A stretch of DNA of 64,000 nucleotides from Vicugna vicugna. Its lineage: Eukaryota. Positions 47,701 through 59,990 of this stretch are shown piece after piece; positions within the stretch are counted from its first letter, which is position 1; every line of letters begins with the position of its first letter. The notes beneath the pieces are model-generated. The model saw only the letters and a list, made by a program, of their open reading frames with translations, had not been told where the DNA came from and searched no databases. The DNA lies in the NCBI GenBank assembly GCA_013265495.1, contig MU063673.1:7213694-7277693 (forward strand). The letters run 5' to 3'. The translations under genes were made by a program, and so were the position numbers.

Positions 47701-50700
47701 CCCTCCCCACAGTTTTTTAAAAATGAGCAAAACCATGTATATTCACACCTGCACCTGAGAGGGAATACTAGTTTTCTCACCTTTTACAGCATGTGAAATT
47801 ATTTTCGAAATCCCCCCAACACAGCAATCTTAAAGAATACGGACATCATCGTTTTTTTTTCAACTTTAATAAAGCAAAGCGTCTATAGAGTTGACATACT
47901 TACTATAGAAGAAAATAAAGAAAACATTTTCAACTGTTCCTTAAAAGAATATTTGAAATCATGTTTCATGAAATGCTGCTTTAAATAACTCCCTGGTGTC
48001 TTTCTAAGGCCCCACTGGGGTGAACAATCATTTCAGCAAAATCGGAGGCAGGGCAGAGGAGGGAAGAAGGTGAGATAGGAGCCAAGAGGACCGAGGCAAG
48101 CCCAGGACCAGCTCGGAAGGTTGGCCCCCTGCTCTGGAGGGCAAAGGCACTTGCACTGAGGACTCCGTCTGGCAGGATCCTGCCTGCAAGAAAGCACTTC
48201 CCTGTGACCTGGCTCATGCTGGCATCAGCACCCTCCTTCACAGGGACCTGGCCTCACCCCCCACGCTAGTTCTTTCCCACACGTGGTGAAATCTGACTCC
48301 CAAGGTCCTGGCGCCTTGGCCGCATGCAGGCTTTCCTTCCTTCTGCCTGGTGTTTAATACCTTCAGAAGGGTTAAAGCTCCAAACTTCGACAAAAACTCC
48401 CTGGAAAGCTCCATGATACACATCTCTTTTAATTTTTCTCTTTTCACTCTCCCTGATTGAAGCTGGCAACCGCTGAAAAAATTCAATGAAAAGTGAAATT
48501 GTACTTTTCCAAATCTGCAAAGCTAAATGAGTATTGAAGAAATGTCAATGTTGAAACTTCCAAATACTTTGTTTTTGTAAGTTTGTAGCAGTCACAACTC
48601 AGAGGATACAGAAATTTAAAACAGCACTGCCACGTTGGGGATACCCTGTCTTTCTCATAACCTGGGGGTTTCTTTAGGGTTCAAAATGATTATTCCTTTC
48701 CAGGTTAGGGACATCCTTCCGTCTGTGTACAGCTGAATTTTCCTGATTTAAAATGAGCTTCTCTTTAAAGGTATCTTTTGCAAGATTTTGAGGCATCTTC
48801 TGATAGAGCATTGGTTTTTGAAACTGAGTGTGAAATTTAAATTCTTAATGTCATTAATGTGTAATTAATTGAGATAATTTTAACATTCGTATATGCTAGT
48901 TAGACATTTTACTTGTTCAGGAATCTGAATTAGGGAATATAATCTCACCATCTCAGGGGAGAGTCAAGGGGCGTATGTCCGAGGTCTGAGGTTTTATTTT
49001 AGTTTAAACACTGACATAGAAAGAGAGCAAGACATGTTCATTTTGGGGGCTTTGCTTGCTTGCTTGCTTTTTTTTTCATCATAACCCCAGCCAGAATTCT
49101 GTTTTGTTATTATCATGACCCAGGACATACATATAAAGGTGTTGTGCACACATGCGTGCATTTTTTTAATAAAACAAATGTTTCAAAATACTTGATTTAC
49201 TCTAATACCTTCTATCCTAGTCTTTTTTACTGAAAACTTTTGTTGATTGTGATTCATTATGTTGATTCAAAGCCCGCTAACATGCGGATTACTGAGTTTA
49301 AAAAACAAGAAACTTAGATATAATGGGTTAGTCAACACCCCGCAGGGTCCCCCCACTAATGCGGTTACACACTTGGACGGCATGTTTTTACTTCGGTGAA
49401 GTAACAGGTGCCAGTAGGACAAGAGCTCGCCTCCCGCTGAGGTGCGCACATGAACCGTGGGATCTGGCTGAAATGCAGGTTCTGGCTGAGCAGGGCTGGG
49501 ACACCAAGATTCTGCCTTTACCATCATCTTGAAGTGGTGTGGATGGGCTGACTGGGGACAGCAGGGTCTGAGAAGTGGGGGTGCAGAGGAGTACGGCTGC
49601 ACAGGACACACCACCACCCCACAGCCATGTGGCCACGACCAGGTCTAACCGCTCCCCCGGTGGGGCCCACCCACCCACAGCACACTCACTGCAGCAAAGA
49701 AGTCCTTACGCCTTCAACATCCTCTCCTCTGTGATACGTACTCTGCTTCCTTTCTCAACAACCAATTCTCAGCCAAGAAAGCTGGGGGCGGGGGGGGGGT
49801 GCCAAGGCAACCCTGTTTGTGATGGCCTGGAAACCCCTTGGGGGGATGACCTGAACATGTGCACCACGACTTAGTCTCAACAAAGCACAAACAGCAAACG
49901 TGATGTCGGCAAAGCAGAGTGTGAAAGATTTATTACCGTTTCATTTCAGGCACTTGTTAAACTGTGAAACCTGCTCGTCGAGGTGGACTGCGCTCGTAAC
50001 ATACTTCTGAATGTGACCGGGGTAAATCCTGTAGTTCAAAGAGTAATTTCATAACTCTAAACTGTAGCGTTTGAATTCCCACACTAGGAAATACTGAGCA
50101 GTAATTAGAACTGTTCCTGGTACAATACTGGCTTTCTGTACTTCCAGCTTCCAGAATTTGGAGTGTACGTGTTCTGATAAAATGAAAATAGTCTTAGTTT
50201 TGGTGAGGCTGTCTTTTGTGTAATCGTTTTGTGTACCTGTCTGGAGGGACAAGGCAGTGTGCTCACCACGGCACCCAAGCACATACCTGGCACGTATTTG
50301 GTGCTGGAGAAATGTTTGATAAAAGAATGAACGTGTGAACATAACTTTCAAAAATGTTATATCTCACTTTATTAGCTGATTTGCCATTATAATATTTGCT
50401 TTATTATACTGAGCAGGTGGCTTTAAAAAGGAAACAGGAATGAAAATTTGGCATCTTCCAAATTGCAGCTGTTGACAATGTGGGTGGGGAGAACACGGAG
50501 GAAGCGAGGGAAAAGACAGACAGACCAGCCAGGGCAGCGAATCTTGATTTGTAGCTGGAGGAGGGCATGGGCCGGTGGAAGAGGCGGTGGTATCAGAATC
50601 AATCTCCCAGATTTGGGAATGTCTCTCCCCCCCCCCCATGAAGAGCAGGATCATAGTGAAGGGCAGTGATCACTGATGTGGAGCTTGGGGGAAGGAAGGA

Positions 50701-50726
50701 GTAAGACTTGGAACTGAGGTCTAAGA

Positions 50727-50943
50727 AAGTCATTTTCAATGGGGATAATTGCACCTCTCAGGGGACACTTGGCAACGTCTGGAGACATTTTTAATTGTCA
50801 TAATTCAGGGGTGGAGTGCTAATGACTTCCAGTGGGTAGAGGGTGGGGGTGCTGCTAAACATTCTACAGTGCACAGGGCAGCCCCCCACCAACAAAGAAT
50901 TATCTGTCCCAAAGGTCAATAGCACCTACGTTGAGAAACCATG
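50727..50943 (+). mobile_element. MER20 hAT-Charlie MITE
   Basis: GGGGACACTTGGCAACGTCTGGAGACATTTTT...GCTGCTAAACATTCTACAGTGCACAGG...TTGAGAAACC. Confidence 0.92.
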
Positions 50944-51321
50944 CTCCAGGGAGACCAAAAAAAAGGCATGGTAGAGACAAGAGCAGAAGCTCTTAGGAAA
51001 GAAGAGAATGCACTCACCAGGACCACCAGGCTATTCCTGGTGACCAGCAAGATCTCAGAGAGGACAGCAGTGAGGGAGAGAGAGAAGGCTGGGGCAGGGT
51101 CGGGGAGGGAATCTGGCTGTGCCTTCTGCTTCACTGGATCCCTCTCTGGTCAATCCTGAACCAACTGCTGGTGGTGTCAGCTCCACTGCTCCAGCTAAAG
51201 GCAGTCTGTGCCTCACGAGAACCAAAAACAGAAGTCTGAGAGAGGCCAGTGATCTTTGGGTGGAAATGGTGGTCACAGGCTGCCCTCCAGGCTAATATGC
51301 CACTGACAAGAAAGGCTTACA

Positions 51322-51777
51322 TGTAGCAAATGCCGCTGGTGCCCTGATCCCAACCCCACGGGCACCACTTTAGTGCCCATCAGCTTATCTCCCGACTGGC
51401 AAAAATTACATTCCTTTGCCTGGAGGTGTGCTCTTGGCTACCCAAGTGGTAGTCCTGAAATGCCAGGAAATCAGTCGCCTTTGTAGGCAGTCCTTGACCA
51501 TTGCCTGACAGGTTTTGGTGAGTAAGTACATGCTCCCTTGCCTCTTGGGTGGGGAACAATGAGACATGTGTTCCACACCGTCTCCCAGAGCTCCCCGGCA
51601 GGATCTAGCTCCATGCGCTCACGCTGGTAACTGGTTTGGTAACACCTCTCACCCCTGTTCTGGCTTCTTCCCCACTCTCTTATGAGTGTTTTCTTTACTT
51701 TCCACCCAAATAACTTGCACTTGAATTCTCATCTCAGGGTGTGCTTCTGGGGAACCCAAACTCTTAACGGCGAGTCT
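51322..51777 (+). mobile_element. ERVL solo LTR (LTR16 family)
   Basis: Starts TGTAGCAAATGCCGCTGGTGCCC; ends ACTTGCACTTGAATTCTCATCTCAGGGTGTGCTTCTGGGGAACCCAAAC. Confidence 0.8.
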
Positions 51778-52723
51778 TCTGAAGGAATCCTGGGCTGGCA
51801 GCCGCTTGGTCCCAGTTTCCTCTGACGTGAGAACTCTCTGGGTCCTCAGGAGCCCTCGCTTAGAGGGGCGGGTCTTCCCACCCCCAGGTCCTGAGCACAG
51901 AATCATTGGGCTCCTCGCCCCACTAATTTCAGCCCATCAGAAACACAGCTTTGGGCACAGTCCTCTCTCTGCCATTGGGGAATAGACAGAAATCTTTCGC
52001 TCAAGGCTGGCAGACAACGCGAGCACAGTCCCTCTTAGTCTCAAGCGCCCCTGAAGTCAGATTTCTGCAAGAACTCAAATAAGTAACACGTGACTCCAAG
52101 AAGCGGGTCTCACTCTAGGGCTGAGAGGAGGCAGAGATGAAAAGAACGGCTCCCGTGGCTCAAATGAACTTTAAAGAATTACCAGTGGGGATTTAAAACC
52201 ACAGAGGAGCAAAATGAAACAGCTCTTTCACAACCCTGCCAGACAAAGAAGAGAAGGGGACTGTGAACCCCCTCGGGGAGATGTTAAGTCACTCATCTTC
52301 CCTGTCATGGGACTTCTGGGATGCTAAAGATCTCCAGAAGAAGCTAGGAGCTTGAGGGGCTCCCCACGCCAGCAGAAGGCCGGCAGACAGCGATGCTGCG
52401 GGCACTTCCTGACAGCCTCCCAATATGGCCCTGCTGGAGCGCGAAGCCATCGCCTGGGAATGTCCCGCTGTCACACAGGCTGGGAATCAGGTGCCAAGCT
52501 TCCGGCCCTGTGCACGGTAAACTATTTTTTAAGGATGCTTCTTTCCAAATCCTCAGAAGCCACTCTTCATGGGTTGTGGATGCCTGCTCGCTTTCATCTT
52601 CGCAGAGAACGTCCACTTTGGGGTCCTGATTTCTTGCCAACTTAGGTAAGACGATGGGAAGATCTTCTATCTCAGTGCTCATGCGTGGAGAGCTACCTCC
52701 CCCCCCCCCCTTTAAGGGAAAAG

Positions 52724-52871
52724 NNNNNNNNNNNNNNNNNNNNNNNNNNNNNNNNNNNNNNNNNNNNNNNNNNNNNNNNNNNNNNNNNNNNNNNNNNNNN
52801 NNNNNNNNNNNNNNNNNNNNNNNNNNNNNNNNNNNNNNNNNNNNNNNNNNNNNNNNNNNNNNNNNNNNNNN
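52724..52871. other. Assembly gap (148 N)
   Basis: Run of N. Confidence 1.
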
Positions 52872-52884
52872 CGTGCGGTTGGTC

Positions 52885-53150
52885 AAAACAGCAGGAAAGC
52901 ATTACTCAGCACCTACCTGCCAGGGCTGCCTTCTAGACTCCACTGAGCTTGTTCAACACACAGCCCCTGCCCTCTTGGAACTTCAAATCCAGCAAAGAAA
53001 TAGCCATCTCACTGGCCAATATGGGGTTTGGACAGTGACCAGTGAAGAAATGCATGCAGTAAGTGACTAAACTTGTAATATTCCCTTTGGACGCAGGGGT
53101 GAGGGAGGTGTCATTAAAGTGGCATGTTTCAGCAGAGCAGAACCAGAGAT
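52885..53150 (-). mobile_element. L2 3' fragment
   Basis: CATTACTCAGCACCTACCTGCCAGG...CCCTGCCCTCTTGGAACTTCAAATCCAG. Confidence 0.7.
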
Positions 53151-53769
53151 AATGTGGATTTCAATCCTAATTAATCAGGGCTTGGGGAGCCTCTTGAATA
53201 AAGGATATTAGGAAGCTGGGTTGAAATAGAGGCATTGAAAAATTATGCACTGGACGTTAAGGGGCAGAAGAAGTTTGATCGTGGATAGTCAAAAAGTGTC
53301 AGAGTGAGAGAGGCGAGTAGATGCTATGAAAAAAGGAAGTAAGCTCCAACGTCACATCCAGTCCAAGTGGGAGAGCCAACTCTGAGTTCGAGAGGCTGGA
53401 GTCCTGGGCAGGTAACCGAATATCTATTCTTACATTCCACAAACCCTGAGGTTTGCGAAGTTCAACGACTGACCATGGAACATATCTCTTGAGGCTGAAA
53501 AGGGCTAGGACATCTATAAAGAGAAGACTGCTACCAATCAACACATTGTAACAATGTTAAACTGCAAAAAAGAATACCTAATGATGCAAAATAATCACAG
53601 AAATTCGCAGGTTGACTTCCCAGATCTCTCTGATTTCCAGTCTTTCGGACAACAGAGCTCTGTACTTCCGAGGTGCAAGTTTCCTTAACACAATCAATTT
53701 TACAACTTTTGTAATAGTAAGATGAGAATAAAATTTTCCCATGTTTTGGGCATTCAACAGGTGCTACAG

Positions 53770-53945
53770 ACTGGCTAAGCAGTTTATTACCATGATCCCA
53801 TTTAATCTCCTCCACGATGCTGTGAAGTAAGGACCAATATTATTTTTGTTGCACAGATGGGGTGACTGACGTTCAAAGCAGTTAAGTAACTTGCCAGAGA
53901 GACCAAAAGCTAGAAGCGGGCAAAGCCTGGCATCCAACTCAATGC
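53770..53945 (-). mobile_element. MIR SINE
   Basis: CACAGATGGGGTGACTGACGTTCAAAGCAGTTAAGTAACTTGCC. Confidence 0.8.
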
Positions 53946-54242
53946 CAGTAGGATGTCCCCCACCTCTCCTGTAACTCCTGAACTCTCTCCAACACTCTAG
54001 CTCTCAACCAATCCAGGACCCAGGATCCCCAGTTTTCACCCTCCCTACAACACACATAATCTTTAGAGGAAAGTGTCTCTCCTTCCTGCTCCATGACAGA
54101 ACTTTAATATAGGATTTGACTGGTGGCCACGCTGCAAGCTACCCTGAGCCCCAGGAAGCCCAGTGATGGGCCAGTAACAAGCTGGGGATTCCTGAGAGAA
54201 TTACTCCCTTATGATAGAATATCAAGAATTAGCGGGATTCTA

Positions 54243-54379
54243 GATGGGGAGGGGATATAGCTCAGTGGTAGAGTGTGTGCTTAGCATGCACGAGGTCCTG
54301 GGTTCAATCCCCAGCACTTCCATTAAAAAAAATAAATAAATAAAATTAATTACCTACCCACCCAACCCCCCCCAAAAAA
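54243..54379 (+). mobile_element. Vic-1 type SINE, long form
   Basis: GGGGATATAGCTCAGTGGTAGAGTGTGTGCTTAGCATGCACGAGGTCCTGGGTTCAATCCCCAGCACTTCCA plus tail; TSD AAGAATTAGCGGGATTCT / AAGAGTTAAGCTGGATTCT. Confidence 0.92.
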
Positions 54380-55399
54380 AAGAGTTAAGCTGGATTCTGT
54401 ACATGAGAGGCCCTTATCAGGATTAACTTCTTCATATCTCAAATTTTAATTTTCAAAAATATTGCAAAATATTTTACAAAAATAGACTGGTGGCGTCAAA
54501 GCCCTCCCTGGGGTAATATAAAGGCAAACAGTTCTTTCTTTTCCTTTGACATGTCCTCAACATGATACGTCTTATCACTGGTGGGTCTTATTTCTTAATA
54601 ATCCAAAACACACTAGCACTTTGCATTTCCTTATTTCTTAGAATAAGACATTTTTAATAATAATTAAATGGTAAGTTTTCCGAAAGGTAAAATACACAAG
54701 GTTAGAGGGAAAGAGCTCCTTTGTTCTTTCACTGACCTCGCTTTTATTATTCGTGCCCCTCTTCCATTTCCTTCACCAGAGGCACTTCAATGAACTGGCT
54801 CAATATTTGATCAAGTGTGTTTATAATTGGCGAAGAAAACAAACATCCTTTCTGACTAAAAAATAGGGTTCTTTCTTGTAGTAAGGAATGATAAGTAGAA
54901 TAAATACTAGGAAAATTGCTATTTTTAGCAAGATATTTCATAATGAGGCATTTATTTAAATGGGCTAAGCTCTGTAAGATGATTCCGGGAAAATGGCTTC
55001 AGTATCTCCGTCAACACACCAAGAATCAGCTCTGGCCTCTGCCTCCTGATATCTCTACTTTCAATTTGAGTTTCCTTTAAAAAAAGAAATAGCAGCACAT
55101 TCATGTCACAGCAGTAATACCAGGCTTGATCAGCCAGCTCACCGTACTACGAACATACGAACCACCCAGATCTATCAAGGAAGTCAAAATGATGGTCAAG
55201 GACTGGAAGGCCAGGTCAGGTCTAGCTGGCTCAAAGAGGTCCCCAAAAGAGTGAGCAGGAAGTGAGGAACCAGAATTAGGTCAGGGAGGAGGATGGTCTT
55301 CGTGACTATTAGGACGGTTCCATCACTTGGAATGCCTTCGAAAGTACCCAGACGGTGATGTGAGGCGACCCTTACCAGAACCGAAATACAGAACTGAAA

Positions 55400-55710
55400 A
55401 ACAACAGGGTGGCAAAGACGGCTCACTGATCACCACGTACTCTGGCTCCCCTTCCACCGTATGGAGTCATCACAGGAAAGCAGCTGTGAGGCGGGGACCT
55501 GCTCTCTCTCTCTCTTTCTCAGGGGTCTGATGCAGTGAAGACATGACCTTGGATGCCTTGAGTTGGAGACGGAGGAGCCCAAGACCAAAGCAATGGGGAC
55601 TCCTTTAATCCACCCAGAGCAGAGCCGCCAATTAATCAGGAAGAGCAATTTTCAACTTCCCGTGGGTGAAAGATAAACTTCTATTTTTCTCAGCCACTTT
55701 GTATTTTTTT
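55400..55710 (+). mobile_element. Old MLT1 (J/K/L-like) LTR fragment
   Basis: 3' end GATAAACTTCTATTTTTCTCAGCCACTTTGTATT. Confidence 0.5.
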
Positions 55711-55848
55711 TAATTTCCTTTCAAAGTGTAGATAGTGTTTTCCTAAGCAGTACGTGTGGCAAGAAAAAATTTGTCTCCATCACTTGAAATAATGTATATC
55801 ATTTATTTTTGCATTGAATTGGATAGAATCATAGTTTTAAAGGCTAAA

Positions 55849-56160
55849 GTCGTATTGCCCAATGATAGTGGCTACTGGCCACTAATGGCTCGTTGAGCCC
55901 TTGAAAGGTGGCTAGTTGAAACTGAGATGTGCTGCAAGTGTAAAATACACACCAGATACTGAAGATTTCATACAAAAAAGTAAAATATCTTTCTTATCTT
56001 ATATTGATTATATGTTAATAATTTTTGGATGTATTAGGTGAAATAAAATATACTATTGAAATTAAACTCACTGGTTGCTTTTTACTTATTTATAACGTGG
56101 TTACTAGAAAATTTTAAACTGCATATGTGGCTCACATTATATTTCTACTGGACTCTGGCT
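55849..56160 (-). mobile_element. MER33 hAT-Charlie MITE
   Basis: GAGATGTGCTGCAAGTGTAAAATACACACCAG...GTGGTTACTAGAAAATTTTAAACTGCATATGTGGCTCACATTATATTTCTA. Confidence 0.9.
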
Positions 56161-56167
56161 GGTATGG

Positions 56168-56349
56168 CAGGTGTTAGAAAGCTCCAACTCACCTTCTGTT
56201 TTTATAAATAAAGTTTTATTGGTACACAGCCATGACTATTTACATATTATCTATTGCTGCTTTTGTACTACAGGGCTGTGTTAAGTAGCCCTGAAAAGCT
56301 GAAAATATTTATTATATGGCCTATTATAGAAAATGTTTGCCAATGCCTG
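56168..56349 (+). mobile_element. MER58A hAT-Charlie MITE (internally deleted)
   Basis: TGTTTTTATAAATAAAGTTTTATTGGTACACAGCCATG...AAAATATTTATTATATGGCC...GTTTGCC. Confidence 0.9.
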
Positions 56350-56849
56350 GGCTAAAGATAACTTTGAAATTACCAAATTTATTTACTCTCACGGTTTCAT
56401 GACTAAGGAAATTAAAGCTCAGGTAAGTCAAGACTTGTTCAAAATATTTTTATTTTTTATCAGGTGATATTTCCATAATGGCACTATCATTCACTCATTC
56501 ATTCAGACTCTCCACCCATTCAAATTTTGATCATTAAAGAAACAAAATCCCTATCATTTAGAAAATCAACACTTAATAGCACAGAAATCCTTGAGTAACT
56601 GTCAGCTACGAATAGGCTGTGAGATAGTTTTTAAATTAAGCTTCATTTGAAAACACTTTAAAGAGAACCTATCATGTAATCTGCTTTCAAATTAAACTTG
56701 AAGTTCCCCTAAATGTAGAGCCAGCTTGCTAAAAATATGCATTATTGAAATTAAATTTTAAAAAATTTTGCCACATCTTGCAGAAAGTGAAATCTGTTCC
56801 CAAAGACTTCACGGCAACATGTAACTGCCTCAGTGCCAGCAGCTCTCAT

Positions 56850-57215
56850 CTCTCGGCATATTATTCTAGAATCTCTATCTGGGTTCATTACCTCCAGTCT
56901 CTGCCTCACTCAAGACCTATTCCTTAGGATGTGCTGAACATCCCTTAGTCTCTTCATGCTGTCAAGATAAAGTTCATCTTCCTTTTTTGGCCAGGCCAGT
57001 CTTCACCATGTGGCTCCCACCTGCTCCAAAGGCCTATTCATTGTCTTTTGCACATCAGACTAAGCTCCCTGCAATTTCCCAAATGCTTCATACTTTTACC
57101 CCACTTCATACACTCGTATAGGGTGTTCTCACTACCTAGAACTCTCCCTACCCTGGACCATGGGTCCCCATTGTACTTACTCCATCACAGAGCTTACCAG
57201 TATTGTAACTGATTG
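56850..57215 (+). mobile_element. L2 fragment
   Basis: GATAAAGTTCATCTTCC...CACCATGTGGCTCCCACCTG...ACTACCTAGAACTCTCCC. Confidence 0.6.
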
Positions 57216-57413
57216 TAATTGTTGAAGTGTGATTCTACCACCACTACAGATAGCTAATATTTAGGAACACTTATTTGCAGGTTAAGTGCTACATTATTTC
57301 CTTTAACCTTCACACATTATAGATGAGGAAACAGCACGTGCAACGAAGCCAGGTGAAGCCGAGATCTGAAACCACACATTCGCACTCTGCAGCCCTAGCT
57401 CTCAACTCTACAC

Positions 57414-57625
57414 CAGCGGTTTCCAGTGGGGGTGATCTGGCCTCCTCTGAAACATCTGGTAATATATGGAGACTCTTCTGATTGCTGCAACTGGGGTGTG
57501 GAGGGGAACTACTGGTACATAGTGGGCAGAGGCCAGGTATGCTGCTAAACATCCTACAAGACACAGGATCCGGCAAAGCAGCATCCGGCCCCAAATGTCA
57601 ATAGTTCACAGGCTGAGAAACACTG
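57414..57625 (+). mobile_element. MER20 MITE with 8-bp TSD
   Basis: GGCCAGGTATGCTGCTAAACATCCTACAA...CCCAAATGTCAATAG...GAGAAACACTG; TSD CTCTACAC / CTCTATAC. Confidence 0.92.
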
Positions 57626-57699
57626 CTCTATACTAAAGTAACTCCTATAGGTTGACCCAGGAGACTGAGCATCTATCTCTACAGCAAGAATTCTCAAAT

Positions 57700-57826
57700 G
57701 TTCACCATGGTGAACCTACCATAGAGCCTGGCACCCAGCAGGTGCCCAAGGCATATGTGATGGGTGGATGGGTGGGTGGATGGATGGATGGATGGATGGA
57801 TGAATAGATGGGTGGAGGGATGGACA
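57700..57826 (+). repeat. L2 3' terminus running into a (TGGA/TGGG)n microsatellite
   Basis: AGAGCCTGGCACCCAGCAGGTGCCC followed by TGGGTGGATGGGTGGGTGGATGGATGGATG... Confidence 0.85.
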
Positions 57827-59515
57827 GATCCCAGGAGAAAAGAAAACAAGTTTACTTATTTTATGGCTTAGTTTTTATGGCAACATCAATAAAGATAAAT
57901 CTGAACACGTTCTTAATTAGCAGTAAAGGAATATGCTTGTAGAGTACATTCCAGATGATGCTGTCGGCTGAGTAATACCTGACTGTATGACTCGACAGTG
58001 TGAGGTCAAATTATTAAGCCAAAATGCCTGGGGTTACTTTTTTTTTCAAGAGTCCCTTACAACTACTCCACTACAGTATAAATTCATATGTCCATCATCC
58101 ACATAGGCCACAATTTAAATTGTTTTTAAAAAGATTTCCTGTATAAGGTTCCCCAGGTTTAAAAAAAAAAGACAAATAATACAAGAATATATAAGCTTAT
58201 GCTTTCTTCTGTTGTAACTACCACTCAGATACAAACATATTCTAGACTTCCAGATGCTGGCAGTGGAGTAGAAATTACAACGAAGCTTAAGTGAAACTGA
58301 AAAAGGGAAACAAAAATGTATATGGCAGAAATAAACCATTCTTTGGTGTATGCAAATTAATATACCTAAACATCAGAAGTGAAGTCAAGAAAAGGTATAT
58401 TTTATGATTGTAACATTTTTAAGGTAATGGCAATTTAGTGTGATTTTTTTTTACATCATCGCAAACACTTCAGCAATGGTAGCACAAATACAAACAGCTG
58501 AAAGATTTCCTATGAAAGATAGATTTTTTTAAAGTGGAAAGCTATGAACTATTCCTCACAACCTCTTGCACTGAACTGTAGCCATTTGCGGTTTTAGACA
58601 CACACACAACAACCAAAGAATATGATGATCAAATAAGTTTTGGAAACTGCCCGCCTACTTGGAGATTCATAGCACACACAAGCATAAAAGTAGGCTCTGA
58701 AGATGCTGGCGTTAAGTTGTTAAACTCAGGATTTCCCATACAGTAGCATAAGTAAAAACTAAAATAAGATGAGGACCTGCCAAAACACTCAGGACTATGG
58801 AGAAGGACTGAAAGTGATGACAGGACTTGCAGCTTGGGACATTGGTGTGGCTGTGGCATTTCTCACCATGGGAACCACAGCTGAAGCCAGAGACAAGCAG
58901 TGCCTTCTCCCCTGTATGTGAGAATATGACACACACTTGTCACAGAGGCAGGCTCTGCGTGTGCGGACATGCAAGTTAAGGAGACATTTACTCACATGGG
59001 AGAGGAATAAGAAAAAGTGGACCCAAACCCAGGAATGTCATGATCGCTCATACCAATCATGATTTTTTGAGTACCTACTCTGTACAAACCGTTGCTGACA
59101 TCCAGAGAAACAGAGTCTTGAGAGAATCAGAAGAGGGAAAATTGTGTCTGAATCATCTTGAGAACCACTAACCAACCTGTGTCACAGAGTCAGAACCCTC
59201 AGAGGCCTCCTCAATGCCGTGATCGTACACCATGCCACGAAAACCACGGCTCTCTCCTCCACCCTCCTCATCGTAAACATTGCTGAACCTCCAGTCACAC
59301 GACCCTATTTCCCCAGTTGAAGGAGACACACCCACTGTCAGTCAGCGCTCCTCTGTCCAAGCTTTCGCTTTCATCAGCTTATCACTCACGACTTCCCAAA
59401 AAAACCCCTAAACTCTTGTCACAGAAGAGAAGCCATGGTCCTTAAAAGCTCTTTTTTTTTTTAATTTGGAAGTTGAATGAGTTACTCAGTTCAGATTAAT
59501 CCTTTCCTAATTGTT

Positions 59516-59630
59516 GGGGGCAGGGTAGAGTGCATGCTTAGCATACACGAGGTCCTGCCTTCAATCCCCTGTACCTCCTCTAAAAATAAATAAATAGACT
59601 TAGTTACCTCCCCTACTAAAAATAAAATAT
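59516..59630 (+). mobile_element. Vic-1 type SINE lacking most of the A box
   Basis: GGGGGCAGGGTAGAGTGCATGCTTAGCATACACGAGGTCC...; 9-bp TSD CTAATTGTT at 59507-59515 and 59636-59644. Confidence 0.9.
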
Positions 59631-59669
59631 TTGCTCTAATTGTTACATGTGCCCAATCTACAATCTACT

Positions 59670-59810
59670 CTCAACACACACACGTGCATATACATCTATG
59701 CTATTATACATATTATTATACTGTTATATATACATTTCATACATACACACATTATTATATATTATGTATATATAATATTATGTATATTGTATATATACGT
59801 GTGTACGTTT
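59670..59810. repeat. TA/CA-rich low-complexity tract
   Basis: Read directly from the sequence. Confidence 0.85.
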
Positions 59811-59829
59811 ATGTTAGAGTGTCTGATTG

Positions 59830-59990
59830 TCATGATGGAAAGGCTACAACACACTTTCTGGAACAGAAGCCAGGTCCCTGGGTCCAAATTCCAGGCTCTC
59901 CTGACTTGCCATTTTGGAAAAGATACTTAAGTTCACAGCAGAGCTCAGTTTCTCACTCAGTAAAAATAGTGCTGCCCAAGGAGAGCTGCC
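59830..59990 (+). mobile_element. MIR SINE
   Basis: CTGGGTCCAAATTCCAGGCTCT...GAGCTCAGTTTCTCACTCAGTAAAA. Confidence 0.7.

Noticed and set aside
51018-51053. 36-nt minus-strand exon (ILLVTRNSLVVL) with long pyrimidine tract and CTG|GTGAGT donor
   Set aside because: The acceptor is GAG (disfavoured -3 G); kept only as a weak possibility
54251-54322. tRNA-Ala(AGC)-like sequence that a tRNA scanner might call; same for the other five copies
   Set aside because: Mismatched acceptor stem, followed by the SINE tail and flanked by a TSD, so it is a Vic-1 SINE rather than a tRNA gene
58712-58936. ORF containing HTGEK and several Cys/His (zinc-finger-like)
   Set aside because: C2H2 spacing is absent and there is no repeat array
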